Positions 1-13,750 of a stretch of DNA of 64,000 nucleotides are shown in pieces (the stretch's first letter is position 1; each line of letters begins with the position of its first letter). The position numbers and the translations under genes are program-made. Source of the stretch: the human T2T-CHM13v2.0 reference genome, Homo sapiens; the NCBI RefSeq assembly GCF_009914755.1, contig NC_060925.1; one strand, given 5' to 3'. The notes below the pieces were generated by a model, which saw only the letters and a list, made by a program, of their open reading frames with translations, was not told the DNA's origin and searched no databases.

Positions 1-689
1 CTGGGAATCAGGGCAAATGGCATCCCTTCTCTGGCCATGGGTTTTGCATCCAAAAGAAAAAATGATGTTCATTCCTATAAAAACAAATGTTGAAAAGGAG
101 TCTTCTAAGTACCAGACTCCGTTCTATAATCGGGGATGCAACATTGAACAAAATGAAGTCCCACCCTGGGCTTCAGGCTCCACTGCAGGAGTCGGAAACC
201 ACACGTTTCAGAAATTTAGAAGAGATGAGTCAGTTTTCTCACTGTCCTCATCTGCTTTGTTTACAGCCATACTCCCAGCACCAAGCACAGCTCCTGAAAG
301 GACCTCAAGCAATAGACAAACTCACAAAGGCACCAGTGGACTCAAGCTCTAGCCTGAGGTTGACTTGGTCTAGTGCCATCTTTGTGCCCAGCCTTGCAGG
401 GCGCTTTCTAGGCATACTTTCTGAGTGGGTGGGATGGCGGCAGATCTGCTTAAGTGAACAGGAAGTCCGTTCCTTCCTTCACTGACTCATTGGTTCATTC
501 CACAAATGCACATTGAGCATGTACTACGTGCCGGTTCCCATGCTAGGCTCCTGGGATCAAGTGAGATGGGCAAGGACTCCCACTTGATAGTTGCATGGCA
601 GAAGTTTCTAGATTTGCTCATCACCTCCCACAGTCTAGAAGCTGAGCAATAAATTCACACTAACAGCAGTGTCCACTTGCCTTTGCATT

Positions 690-870
690 TTGCAAGACGC
701 TTTTACATATGTTTGTTTCTTTTAGTATTTCTCACAACTCTGGGGTGTGAGTTTGTTTAATATCCCTCGCGTTACAGATGAGGAAACTGAGGCTTAGAAA
801 CAATCAGTGACTTGCCTGAGAACCCAGAGCCAGGGAGTGAAGCACCCACAGTAAAACTGAGTCCCTTTCT
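690..870 (-). mobile_element. MIR SINE fragment
   Basis: Core ACAGATGAGGAAACTGAGGC and gtgacttgcc. Confidence 0.75.
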
Positions 871-2059
871 AGCCCTCATTGTCTCTTGCATTATCTAATT
901 TAATGCCCTTTTCCCCTAACTACCATGAAAGGCAGGTATCGCCTTAGGCTGTTTACAGCCAGGGAGCACCTCTTGCCTGGGCTGGGATTGGAAGCTGTGC
1001 TGGGCTGACACAAGATCCCAGGTGCCATCCACTCCTCTATATCTAATCAGTTCATTAAAACCCTCCTTGCAAACACTCTCTCGGCTGCCTGGACACAGAG
1101 ACCTCAGCTGCTCCATTTCCAGGAGAGCAAATTCCTTCCTGGCTGGAGAGGAGTTGGGATAATGTAGGCAGGCAATTTAAACAGCCGGCAAAATACACCA
1201 GCAGTTTTCACTCTCTGCCACTATTACACTTTCCAGCCGTGGCGGGATTGGCCCATAAGTGGGATATCAAGTTTATTACAGCTATTTCCAACCTGTAATT
1301 GGTTTTGTGGAAAACAAAGAGAAGGAGGTTGGGAAGGTGGGGGGAGGTGATATTTTCCCCTTTTCTTTTTTTTTTTTTTCTTTTTCGGATGACAGCACCC
1401 AGGGACATTGGTGAGGCAGCCGAAGTTGGAGACTTATTTGTTTTTCAAATTAAACAGCCAGGCCGGTCAGCGGGCTCTCACACTGCTGGCTGGACTAAGT
1501 CCACCGGCCACGCTTTGATGACTCTACTTGAAAAGCAACCTGGCCTGGCTGCAGCCTAGATTTGCTGGTTGGGGTCAGGGGGCAGTCAGGGCCCAGAGGT
1601 GGGGTCTGGCAGCTCTGGAGCATGAGAAACTGTGGTCTCTAGGCTGACTCTTCTAGAATCAGAACACTGCGGGCATTCAGGGCAGCAAAGAGTCCTCAGT
1701 TTCCTCATGGAACATTTAGGGAAACTGGGTCCCAGAGAGAGGAACAGTGCAGAGACAACCTTTGGGACTTAGAACCTAGCTCTCTGCCTCTCAGAAACTT
1801 CTACACAGTGTAGCTGGTCATTTGGGGGAATTCCTGGCTGAGATGCTCTCAGCATGGGGAAGAAAAGAGACACCTGTTCTTAAGAACCCATGTTACGGTC
1901 TGCTGCCATCATTGCAGTCCACCCACCCTGACCAACCTCCCTACTTCGGACTTAAGAAAAATACGCAATAGCTAATATGATGGAGCACTTTCTGTTACGA
2001 TGACAGGAGGTGATGTTTGCAAGCAATATCTGGCACAGGGTAGGCGCCAATGTATGCCA

Positions 2060-2300
2060 GCTATTGTTATTCCCGTCATGCTATTATTACCGCATGCCAA
2101 GCAATCCCCTGGGCTCTCTGTGTGTTCACTCTTACGCACTGAATTCTCACACGTGTGCCTTACAGGGAGGCATGATCCTTCCCGTTTTGCAGATGAGGAA
2201 ACAGGCACACAGAACCCTCCAACCTCACCCAGCAATCAACTGAGTGGCAGAGCTGGGATCTGATTCCAGAGCTGTGTGACCCCAAAAGCCTCTGCACATT
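2060..2300 (-). mobile_element. MIR SINE fragment
   Basis: ttttgcagatgaggaaacaggcacaga…gtggcagagctgggat. Confidence 0.7.
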
Positions 2301-3075
2301 TCCCATATCCCCAACCTCAAAGTAGGTCTTCTGCTCCCTTCTTTTGGACTCATCCATGCTGAGCGGTCAGCTCTGCTGTTTACTATTACAAGTATAATAC
2401 ATGTGTGACCTTGGGCAGTTCACTTGCCTCTTTCTTGGCCGTGGTTCCTGTCTGCAAATGGGGATCATGACACACGTCTCTTGGTATAGTTCACTTATTC
2501 AACATCCCTTCGTATGCCAGGCACTGTGCTAGGCTCTGGGATACAGGGCTCTTGGAGCTTACAGTCCTGAGATTCCAAGGAACAATGGAAGGGAGGGCTG
2601 GGGGACACTCAGCCTGTGTAGGCACTGGTTAGGATGCAGATTCTTTTGCATAACTACGTGCACAGCCTCTTCTGTCTGGTCCAGGTGTATGCTTTGCAGA
2701 GTTAGGATGTTTTCCTGCACAGAATATCATTAATGCTGGGAGCTTTAAGAAAGAGAAAGCCTGCTGGTTCCTTTTGGAGCCTCACATCGGAGGTGGTCTG
2801 AGGCCACTGTCCTGCCTGGGCCAGGCTACTCTTACCAGGGAGTCCCAGACAGATCAGGGTCCAGGCACAGCAGGCTGTCCTGGGGCCAGTCTGTATCGCA
2901 GAGCAGCAAGGGCCTTTTCCCTTTTCTTCATGGTATTCCCAGTGCCTGGCACATGGTAAGGTCTCAACTCATTCATTCACTCATTGACTCATCCAGCAGA
3001 TATTTATCGAGCGAGTGCCATTTGCTAAATTCTGGAAACAGAGCAATGGACAGGACAGATAAAGACCCCATCTTC

Positions 3076-3669
<594 letters not shown>

Positions 3670-5786
3670 TCATCAAAAGTCTGTTGAATATGGAGTGAAT
3701 GAAATCATTCATTTCAGAAGTGCCTCTCGCTCTGGGGCCAGGCAAACCCACACATCCACAGGGCTTGGCTTACCTTGTCTGCCTTGTCACCTCTGTGGTT
3801 GTCGGTCGGCCCTGGCCTCGTGGTCCCTACCCACTGGCACCATGGGAGCCTCTCAGAGCCCATGAGACCTGCCTGCCTCCAGGTACTCACTCAGGGCATC
3901 CCTGCACTTTGTTTTGAAGCTGCTACGATGACTACTAGCAAATTCTCGGTCCCTGCTCTCTGCACCCCACTCCTTATAGACACAACCCAGCCTTCTGGCA
4001 CCTTCCACCTGCCTCCCTCTCTGGGTGTGGGCTCCCTTCTTTCATTTACTGAATTCCACATCCTCTGGCATTTTAGCAAGAGATGCTTTGCTCTCCAGCC
4101 CCATAGACAGAAAGAGCCCTGGAGGGTGGGGAGGGACACAGAAAAACAGATGGTCCAGAAAGGTGTGAGTGCTCGTGAAAATACCCCATGAGTGAGCACT
4201 TCCCACCCACCAGGGACTCTACAAGGCTCATGTAATCCTCATAGGGAGGAACGTTGCCTTATCCCCATTTCACAGATGAGGAAACTGAGACTAGGGGAGG
4301 TGGAATGACTTCTTCAGAGCACAAAATTAGGAACCGAAATCAAACATTCAACTGGGGATGGAGGAAATCAGCCTTGCTTCATGCTCCAAAGCCTCCCATA
4401 GACAGAAAGAGCCAGCCTAGGACCAAGCACTCCCTGAAAAGGGCCTACTTCCTCCAGGAAGCCTTCCATGATCACCCTTCCCTCCAAGGGGATTCTTGGC
4501 TCCTTCAGAAGTGTCAGAACATCATTGGATAACACTTGGTAATTACCTGTTGCTGCTGCAGCCATCATCTTACTGACTCTGGAACCTCAGCTAATTGTGG
4601 ACTGTGTACCTCTTGTGAATAAGGTCGTAATGGGCTGCAACCATGTCTGAAATGTATTTCCTTCTCGGCCGTGAGGCTGCAACTGCCCCTGTATGTCTCA
4701 GGCGTGGAGAAATGTTTCTAGAATTAAAGGCGAGGTGTCTTCCAGCACACCCACCACACCTTCTGTCCACAGCCTGTACTAATAATCCCCAACTCCCACC
4801 TGGCCTCTTTCTTGGGCCCTCTAACCACCAGGAACCACAGAATAACATCCTTGCAAATAGCTGCTAGCCCGCTGGCCCCACCTGAGCGTGTCTGAGCCTC
4901 CCATTTCCTTTGCCTTCCGAGAGGCTGAGGGAGGAAGGAGTGTGTACCACAGACAGCTGGGACAGTGGGGCCTGCCCTCCAGATCCCTCACCCTGCAGCT
5001 GAGATAAGCACTTGTCTCCAGCTGCCTGAAGCAGGTTTCACAGAAGCAGTTATTTACTCCTCTGGCTGACAGTGAGGCCCTGACACAGCCCCAGAGAAAC
5101 AGATGTAAATAAAACCAAAGGAAAACTAGTCTCGTCCTTGAAACTCCCCTGTCCCTCAGCCTGAAACAGAGATTTACGACTCGGATAATTCTTCAGTGCT
5201 TTATCTGGGGTGTGTGGGTATGTGTGTGGATGTGTGGGGTGTGGGTGTATTTTCCTCGTAATAAAACCCTCAGTCTCGGCGAATAAATTTGAGGAGACAG
5301 TTTTACTGACAGATTTTTTTCTCTTTTGTGTAATAAAAAAAATGGAGTGAAATTTGAGATTGGGACGATAAGGGCTGCCGCATTTTAGGAGGAGATAAAA
5401 AAGCAGTACCTGAAGGGAGGTGAGGCCAGAAGACGGGCTGCCAGTTAAACAGGCAGGATGCCTTCCGCTTTATGACTTTGGGAGAAAAATCCTCACACCT
5501 CCACTGAGATTCTGACATCCTTTCTCCTAATGAGCCTGGCCACCAGGGGTGGAAAGGGACGTTGAGAGGCATTCAGTTCACCCGCAGTCTCTTCCAGCCT
5601 GATGGGATGGGATGTGAACTCTGGTCCAGAAGCCAGACGCTTGTCAGGAACCTAGTGTGGGGCCTCAGCCGAATCATTTTGCCTCTCCAAGCCTCAGTTT
5701 CTTTACCTGCAAAATGGGAACATTCTTGTCTATTCGGCTCTGTTCCCAGGGACCTGGTACAGCCACACAATGTGATGGGCTTAAAA

Positions 5787-6032
5787 CTGGGTTTCTCCAC
5801 CTGGGCACTGTTGACATTTGGGGGCCAGATAATTCTTGGGAGGGGGGCAAGGGGCTGTCCTGGACATAGTGGAATGGTCAGCAGCTTCCTAGCCTCTATC
5901 AGCTAGACACTGGTACCTACCAAACCGCACCTCTCCTCCCCAGTTGTGACAACCAAAAATGTCTCCTGAGCTTGCTGTATGTCCCCTGGTGGTTAGGGTG
6001 AGCAAAATCACCCCCCAAGTGAAAAGGCCCTG
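5787..6032 (-). mobile_element. MER20 (hAT-Charlie DNA transposon)
   Basis: gggtttctccacctgggcactgttgacatttgg…ccagttgtgacaaccaaaaatgtctcc…aaaatcacccc matches the MER20 reverse complement. Confidence 0.8.
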
Positions 6033-8005
6033 CTTTAAAGGTACTTTGGTGGCTGTAAAAAAGTCAAATGGGTGAGGCGGGGATGGGAAGAGGGTGCATG
6101 GAGAATGGGGAGCCCCTGGAGGGTCTTGGCCTCTACCCCAGGCTGGGACATTGGGATGTGGGGAGATGGAAGCTCTGATCCCAAGTACAGCCAACTCTCT
6201 TCTCCACCCCATGCCAAGCTGGACACAGTCAACTCAGGGACATTCTTCTGGGTGATGACAGTGGACGCAGAGTCAAGGTGTGGTTGGTTGGGGTGAGCAT
6301 CTTTCTTGGGGTGAGTGCCAGCAGGGATCCCAAGAGGAGAGGAGAATCCTCCTGTCCCCGTCCTCCTCATCTTCCTCCACTCTCATGGTCCCGTTTCAGA
6401 AGCTGGGCCTGTGCTGCAGAAGCAGCCAGGTGGGAGGAAGTGGTCCTCTGTCTCCCCTCTGCACATGGTCAGAAAGCGCCAAGCCCTCAGAGGGGAAGAA
6501 AGTGACGCGTGTACATGTCGCTAAGTCCCGACAGAGATAGGAGGGGTGTGGGCTTACGGAGGGGTAAGGAGAAGCCGTGCCCTGGGAAGTCTCACTGCCG
6601 CTTCCTCTCAGGGTCCCAGAGCCTGCGAAGGCCTTCTCATGATTCTAACCATCCCCCGTCCTCACAGAGGCCACCTTACTCTTTACAAAGCTTGCAGGCT
6701 ATGGAAAGTGACTGGCACAGACGTAGCCTGTGTCTGCACACAGCTGGTTGCTCAACCAGTGCTGGCCAGATGCACGGAGTCTCTCCTAAACCAGTAGCAA
6801 CACCACCTAGGTCAGAGAGATGTGGTCCAAGTCAGCTTGGGTACATATGTGTCCAGAGGAGCCCAGCTGTGTCTAGGGCCAGTACTCCCAGGCAGGTGAC
6901 AGGGGGACAGATTCACACTCCAATCCTCACCTTTTTGCCTGGGGAAGCTGCTTTCAGCATCCCCCCTACCCCAGCCCCTTGGAGTCACCCGTCCCTAGCC
7001 AGCCCCCTCCCTGCCCCTTTCCCCGCTGCCTCCACCACACAGAGCCGCAGGGAGCTAATTCCACTTCTCTAGGCCCAGGCATGAGGCCTCCCCATTGCAG
7101 GCTGTTAGCGCAGAGCCCAGCTGAGCTGCGAGAGGCTGCAAGCTCCCAGTCTATAATAGAGTTGCTGAGACAAGCGGAAAAACTGCAGCCGAGTAAACAG
7201 ATAAATAATTGAAACAGTGACAACACATACCTTGCTGCTTCGTGGAGTAACACTTTCATTAGCTGGAGGCAGCGCAGATGTGGGGAAGCAGGCGGGCGGC
7301 AGCTGAGGGCACGGACGCTTGGGTTCGCTTTCCATCAGCCATGAACAGCGGGACAGCCCGGCAGCCTTGGGCTTCCAGCGCTGGCTTCATCGCCACCTCC
7401 CTGCCTTCTCCCACTTCCGCATTCTTAGGTGAAATGGGGACTTCATGTCCTCTCTCCTGGCCCATCCCAAGACGAGGGCAAGTGCCCCACGCTGTCCCCG
7501 TCTGCATCGCCCGTGCCGGGATGTTGGATTCCTGGCCTCCTCCCGGGCTCCCTGCCTCTAGTCTTGCCCCTTTCGATTCATCCTCAATCTATAGCCAGAG
7601 GAGCTTGTAAATCTAATCTAATCCTGGCCCCGGGGACCACCGCCTTCAGGAGAAGCTGAGCTCCTTTGCTGTGGAGACCCTCCATGATCTGGCCCACATT
7701 TTTCTTCGCAGCCTCTTCTCATCCCACTTCCTTTCTTCTCCAGGTGCTGTGAAGGCAGCAAGCTTCCCCTGAGCGCACACTGCTCTTTCCTGCCGCAGGG
7801 CCTTTGCTGTTCCCTTTGCCTAGAAAACTCCCACCCGTTGCCAGGCTGGCTCCTACTCTTCCTTCAGGAGGCAACTTAAAACATCGCTGCCTCCAGGAAG
7901 CCCTCGGTTATTACCTTATTCTCAGGATGGGGGCTGTCCTTCTTCTGGGCTTCCTGCCTGCATCTTGTCAGTGTCCTGGGGAAAGGGGTGACCAGGGCCG
8001 GTTGA

Positions 8006-8164
<159 letters not shown>

Positions 8165-11100
8165 TGAGTGCCTGGGGGTGGCGGGCCGACAGCGGGGGAA
8201 GGGCGGAGGGATGGGGAGTGGGGCAGAGGGCAGTTCTCCAGCCCTTTCACATCAATCCCTCGGTGCTCTTGGGCTTGGAAGGCAGAACTGGGGGCTCCCC
8301 TTATGGAAGTGGGACCCATTCCCTGGAGGGACATCCCCTGGAGGGAAGAGGCAGGAGAGGGCCAGGCCACCGCTCTTCTGACTGGCCTCCTCTGCCAGCT
8401 CCTCCAACAGTCCTGGAAGGTGGGTATTCCAAACTCCATTTATTTCCAAGTGAGATACTGAGGCCCAGAGAGGGGGAGCAATGGGCCTAAAGTCACACAG
8501 GCAACAATGACACCGCTGGGCGGTGAAGCAGTTCTGCCCGGCTTGGAAGCTCAAACACCACATTCTACTGTTTTTTGTGTGCTCCAAGGCCATAAGGGCC
8601 CCGAGCTTAAGAGAGAATGACCCCAAGCAACTGGACTCCCAGGTCAGAAGCAGCAGGGTGGGAAGGAGCAGTGCTCAAGTCGGAGATGCTTGATTTTCCT
8701 ACCCCATCCCTGTTTTCCAGGAGGCGGGTGGCAGAATCAAGCTGACTCGATCTTCCAGAGCCTGCTGTTCTCTATGTGTGTGGCTCTATCTCCTTCCCAC
8801 AAACTCCCTACAAGATCCTAGTCCTGTTTTATCCCTTTGACCCTTAACACACACCGGTCCCTCTTCTCAAAGGGCCTTTCTCCCTTCGGTCATCTGGTAA
8901 ACTCCTCATCAGCCTTCAGAACCCCACTCCAGCAATTCCACCCATGGGAGCCCTCACCTTAGCTGAACTGATCCCCCAAAGCTGGTCGGCTGCAACTGCC
9001 CCAGTACCCACCCCTCCTCAGAGGGAATCTCACTGCATTCATGAAGAGTGCACAGCTTTGCACACACACACTCTTCCACGCCACACCGCCAAATGCTTTG
9101 CCAGGTGCCCAGCCTGAAAGTAGTGGTCTGCTCCAAAGCTGGAGGGGGACCGTGCTGCATCGGGTACCGTGAGGGGGACTGCAGCCCCGGCAAGCCCACA
9201 TGATGTGCACTGTGGCACCATGCTATGTGGATGTCTCAGCTAGTGCCTGGTACTGTGTTGTCTTTAGACTGAGCCTGGAGGAGGGGGAAGCCGTACTCTC
9301 CAGCACGGGCTGTGGGTCTCTGTGACCGTGAGCTCCAGGAGGACAAGGCACATGCTCCTCCTTCACCTTGCATCCCCAGCTCTCAGCCCAGGGCCTGGCA
9401 CACAGTGGGTACATAATGAAATTTGCAAAATGAGTGGACAACTCAGGCTACACTCCTCAGCCCTTCAGGCCTGTTTTCTATTGGGTGAAATTAGAAAGCG
9501 GGACAAGAAGATTGTAAAGGGTAAGTCCAACCCTGCATCAAGAATCTGACCCAGGCATCCTCCTCTGCCTGCTTTTGTAAAAATGGGAAGGTGAGTGTGC
9601 TCCCCAGGCGGCCCGGCTGGGTCCTCGTCCTCTCTGGGCTCTGTGCCAGGACCATGCTGAGAATGTGGACGTGAAGGTGTGTGAAGAGGTGTGTGAACAG
9701 CCGCACAAACTCCTTCATCCCCCTAGTTATGATTTCTCCTGAACCTGCTTCCAAAAAGAAATTATGGTGCCTTAAAATATTAAAGCACACCTAAAACAAG
9801 CCAGTTACAATCAAGATGAAAAAGGAGATAAAAATTCATTTTGGAGAAAATAGCTATTCTGGAAACCACAGATGGTTTTGTAGTAAGTGAACTCCCAAAT
9901 AATCTCCACGACTCCCAGAAGCCTAATGCCACCCAGCCCACCCCTGCCGGTCACTGTGTCTCTGAGAATTCTTTCCTCACCAAGCCACCCGCTGCCACCA
10001 GCAAGGCCTCTAGGACTCCTTGGTTCTGATTTCTAGCTAAGAAAGAAACCCAGGGACCATCTAGAACATTCCTGAGCACCACCCTCTCCTGCTTCCTGGA
10101 GCCTCAAGGGCAAGCCCTGCTACCAGAAGACCCAGATGAAAATCCCAGCTCAGTCTCTGCCTACTGTATGACCTGGGATGAGAGCCTTAACCTCTCTCTC
10201 TCTCTGCTTCAGGTCCTTCGCCTGTAGAGCAGACTTGACATGACAGGCTTTGTACAATTGTGGAATTTCAGTGAAATTTATGTCCAACAGCCTGAGTTCA
10301 AATCCTGCCTCTTCCACATCCTGGCATTAGTGAAATCTGGGGCTGGTAACCCCACAGTTGAGTTTCCTGACCTCCAAAGTAACATGACAGCACTAAGAGG
10401 CTAGCTGCAAGTTGTGAGGAGCTGATGGCGTGCATTCAAGTGAAGTGCTGGTTTCCGGCCTCTAAGTGGTACATGTTTGCTGCCATTGCCTAGAACAACC
10501 TCTCCTTCTCCCACCATAAAACAAAACAAAAAAAATTCACCTTTTTACAAATCTCATAAAGCCTCCTTTTATGCGCTTTCTGTTTTGATCTGCACAAACA
10601 ACCCCATGAATGCAGGCAGGTATTATTATTATTAATCATTTTCTCTAGCCCTGTTCTTACTACAGAAGAGGTCAAAGTTCAGCAGGCCCAACAGTCTCCC
10701 TCTGGAATGACATGAACTTGACCAGACCCCTTGCTTTTCAGTTGTGGAAGCCAAGGCCCAGAGAGGGAATGAGGCTTGCCTGAGGTCACACAGCGGCCCT
10801 GACTTAAGCCTGATATCAGGAGCCAGTGCTCTTTTCTTCCCCACATGGGGGCCAATCTCCCTGAGCCTCAGTAACAGGGGCGGTCTCCCAAGCAAAGAAC
10901 ACCCCAGGGAGCTGAGCCGTCCTGTTTGGTGACCACCAAGGGAGAGGGAAGGAAGGAGCAGACCCTCTGGAGCCTAACGGGATCACGGAGGATTGTCAGC
11001 CCTCCCAACCAGCCATGCTGGGGGCGACTGCCTCTTCAGGCTGCAGAGCCCCATCAGGGCTGGCGACGGGGCGCGGGACTCCGCATTTACATATAAATGA

Positions 11101-12429
11101 AGATATTTACAAATTAATGCATCTCAACGAGAGAGAGTCCCAGCTCCACAGCTGTCTGAGCCGTTTCCTCTTCAGCTGGGGAAAGTAGGGAGAGAATGAG
11201 ACTGAGAAGATTACCAAGAATTGGCTGAGAGCAATTTCGCGGGTAGCCTAGAGGAGCCCCAAGGACTCCTGGAGCTTTTTGTCCCACTGATGGGGCCCTG
11301 GAGGGATGGAAGTCGGGTGGATCATCAGGACTTCTGCCCCCAGGGGGTGCAGGTGTGTATCCCTGGTTGTATGACCTTGGACAGATCACTGCCTCTCTGG
11401 ATAGAGCGTCCCAGAGGCACATCTATCAAATGCTTTTCTAGGTCTTAGCCCCAGAGCCCAGAACTCCCAGGTTGGAATTGACAAGAATGTATTCCCTCCA
11501 AGGCTATTTAGTTGAGCACCTACTAGGACCTTGGCTTGGTGGAAGGTGCCCAGGGATACAGGGGGAATGAGAAAAGCACGGCTTTGCAATCTAGTCGGAG
11601 AGACATGGCAAAATGTAGATGAATACATCATTCCACATTCTGCAAAGAAGTGATTCTAAACCATGGGTGTGTAATGAAGGGGCAAGTGGGGTGCAGTACC
11701 GGGAAGGAATGAGATGCTGGGTGCCATTTAGATGGGTGGTCAGGCAGGGCCATCGAGGAAGGTGGCACTTGGGTGGAGAACTGAGGGCAGGAAGGAGCCC
11801 TCTGTGAAAGGGAGGAGGCAGATGTGGCCGACAGTTATCCCACCCTGCCCACTTCCTCTTACCCCTCGCTCTTCCTGGCAGTGCCAGCATCCTTGGTGCT
11901 TCCACAGGGCTTTCTCAGGGCACTGGAGACCACTCAGCCTGCACATGAGAAAGGTGAGAAGTGCCGGGGAGTTGACGCCACCCCGGGAGCAGCCTTGACC
12001 AATGACTGTTTATTGGGTGCATACCCAGCCCCCTCGTCCCTCCAGGGGGACAGTTCAGATGCATGCTCAGGAGGACAAAGTACAAGTTCCTCCTTCACCT
12101 CGTATGCCCAGCTCTCAGCCCAGGGCCTGGCACACAGTGGGTGCATAATGAAATGTGCAAAATGAGCGGGCAGTTCTGGGTATGCTCCTTGGCCCCTTGG
12201 GGGTGTTTCCTAATAGGTAAAATTAGAAAATGGGATAAGAAGGGGGGACATTGAGAAACTATGGGATGAATGCTGTCAACTCTCTCCCGGAGTTTCTCAG
12301 TGACCCCCCAGAATAACCTTGAGAAGGCACCCGTATTGGCTTCCTTCCCTTCTAGCTCATTCCATCAGCTTCCTGGGACCCCTTCTCACATAAACCCTTT
12401 CCTCCTAAATCCTTGTTTCAAGGTCTACT

Positions 12430-12885
12430 CTTCATTCCACCCTTCTAGGTTCTTGGCTGGGTCCCCGGTAGCAAAAGACGAATTCACAAGACAAAAGGAT
12501 ACAAGTCTAGTTTGTATACGTTTTAGGTGATGCAGGAGATTTTATAAGGAAATGAAGACCCACAGAAGTGGTTCTAGCTGAGTGTTTTTTGCTGGGTTGG
12601 ATGAAGGGTGGGGAGTCATGGGAAAGTGTGAAGGATAGAAGGACCTGAGCTAAGGGCAGTAAACTGGGGACACTCAGCAGGGTGGCTTGTTCAGATCCCT
12701 TGGAAGTGAAGATGCTGCCTTCCTCCAGGTACAGAGAGGGAACCTCTCACGTGAAGGTCTTGTGACCTGCTTCAGGGAAAGGTCAGAGAGTCCTTCCTGC
12801 GCCTGCCATTTCTCAAATTCCATCTGCTTAAAATATTCAATATACCAAGGTGCCAAATTTGAGGTGGCGTGTCCTGAACCCCCTC
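12430..12885 (-). mobile_element. ERV1-class solo LTR (LTR47/MER34/MER72-like group)
   Basis: Reverse complement begins GGGGTTCAGGACACGCCACCTCAAATTTGGCACCTTGGTATATTGAATATTTTAAGC, typical of this LTR group; subfamily uncertain. Confidence 0.6.
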
Positions 12886-13750
12886 CCCATGGAATGTGGC
12901 CATTCCAGAGGGCAGCTGTGACCTCCTTGGAGGTCCAAGTGAATCACAGTGAGGCTTCAACCACTCCGCCCACACACATGCTGTGTCTTCCATTTCCTGA
13001 AGCACGCTGAGGCCCTTGTCCCATTCGATCTGCTCAGGAAGCGATGAGGAACACTGGACAGATTTCACTGGCCTTAATTCACTGGTGCAGGGAATCTAGA
13101 TTCGAGGGGCTCAGTGTATTCCTGCCCCCGACCTGCTATTGCAGATCCCTCCAACACCTTGGCCAATGCTCTTTGCCAACAAGGTCCTACTTGTCCTTTC
13201 AAGTTCAGCTTAAAGGTTGCTTCCTACAGGAAGTCAGCCCCAACTGCTCAAGCTCACCGACTGATGCTATGTCTTCAGAGTCTGCCCGCCCCCCCACTAG
13301 ACTGGAAGCCCCATGAGGACAGGGACTAGGTCTGATGTTTTCACCACCATCCTCTCCCCAACCCCCAGGACAGCACCCAACCCTGGGCATGTGGTAGATG
13401 ATTTGTAAATATCTGTGGGGTGAATGAGTTCGTGGTGAACATGGTGGTGGAGTCCTTTCAATGCAACACTTGCTGCTGGGGTGGATGAACAAGACACCTT
13501 AGGAAAGGAACATCCAGGCCCCCGTTCCTTCCCCCAACACTCACATCATTCATTCATCACAAAGGAATTGAGTAGTTACCATATATCAGGGACAATGATG
13601 GAGATAAAGTGGTGAACAAGACATAATCAGACCTGCTTTCGGGAGGTTTCTGATCTAGTGGGTGAGGAGAGACACACTACAAAAATGCCTTTAAAATAAT
13701 AAGGAAAAACAGTTACAGTGTGTGATGAGTGTGGTGAAGGGAATAAGGTA

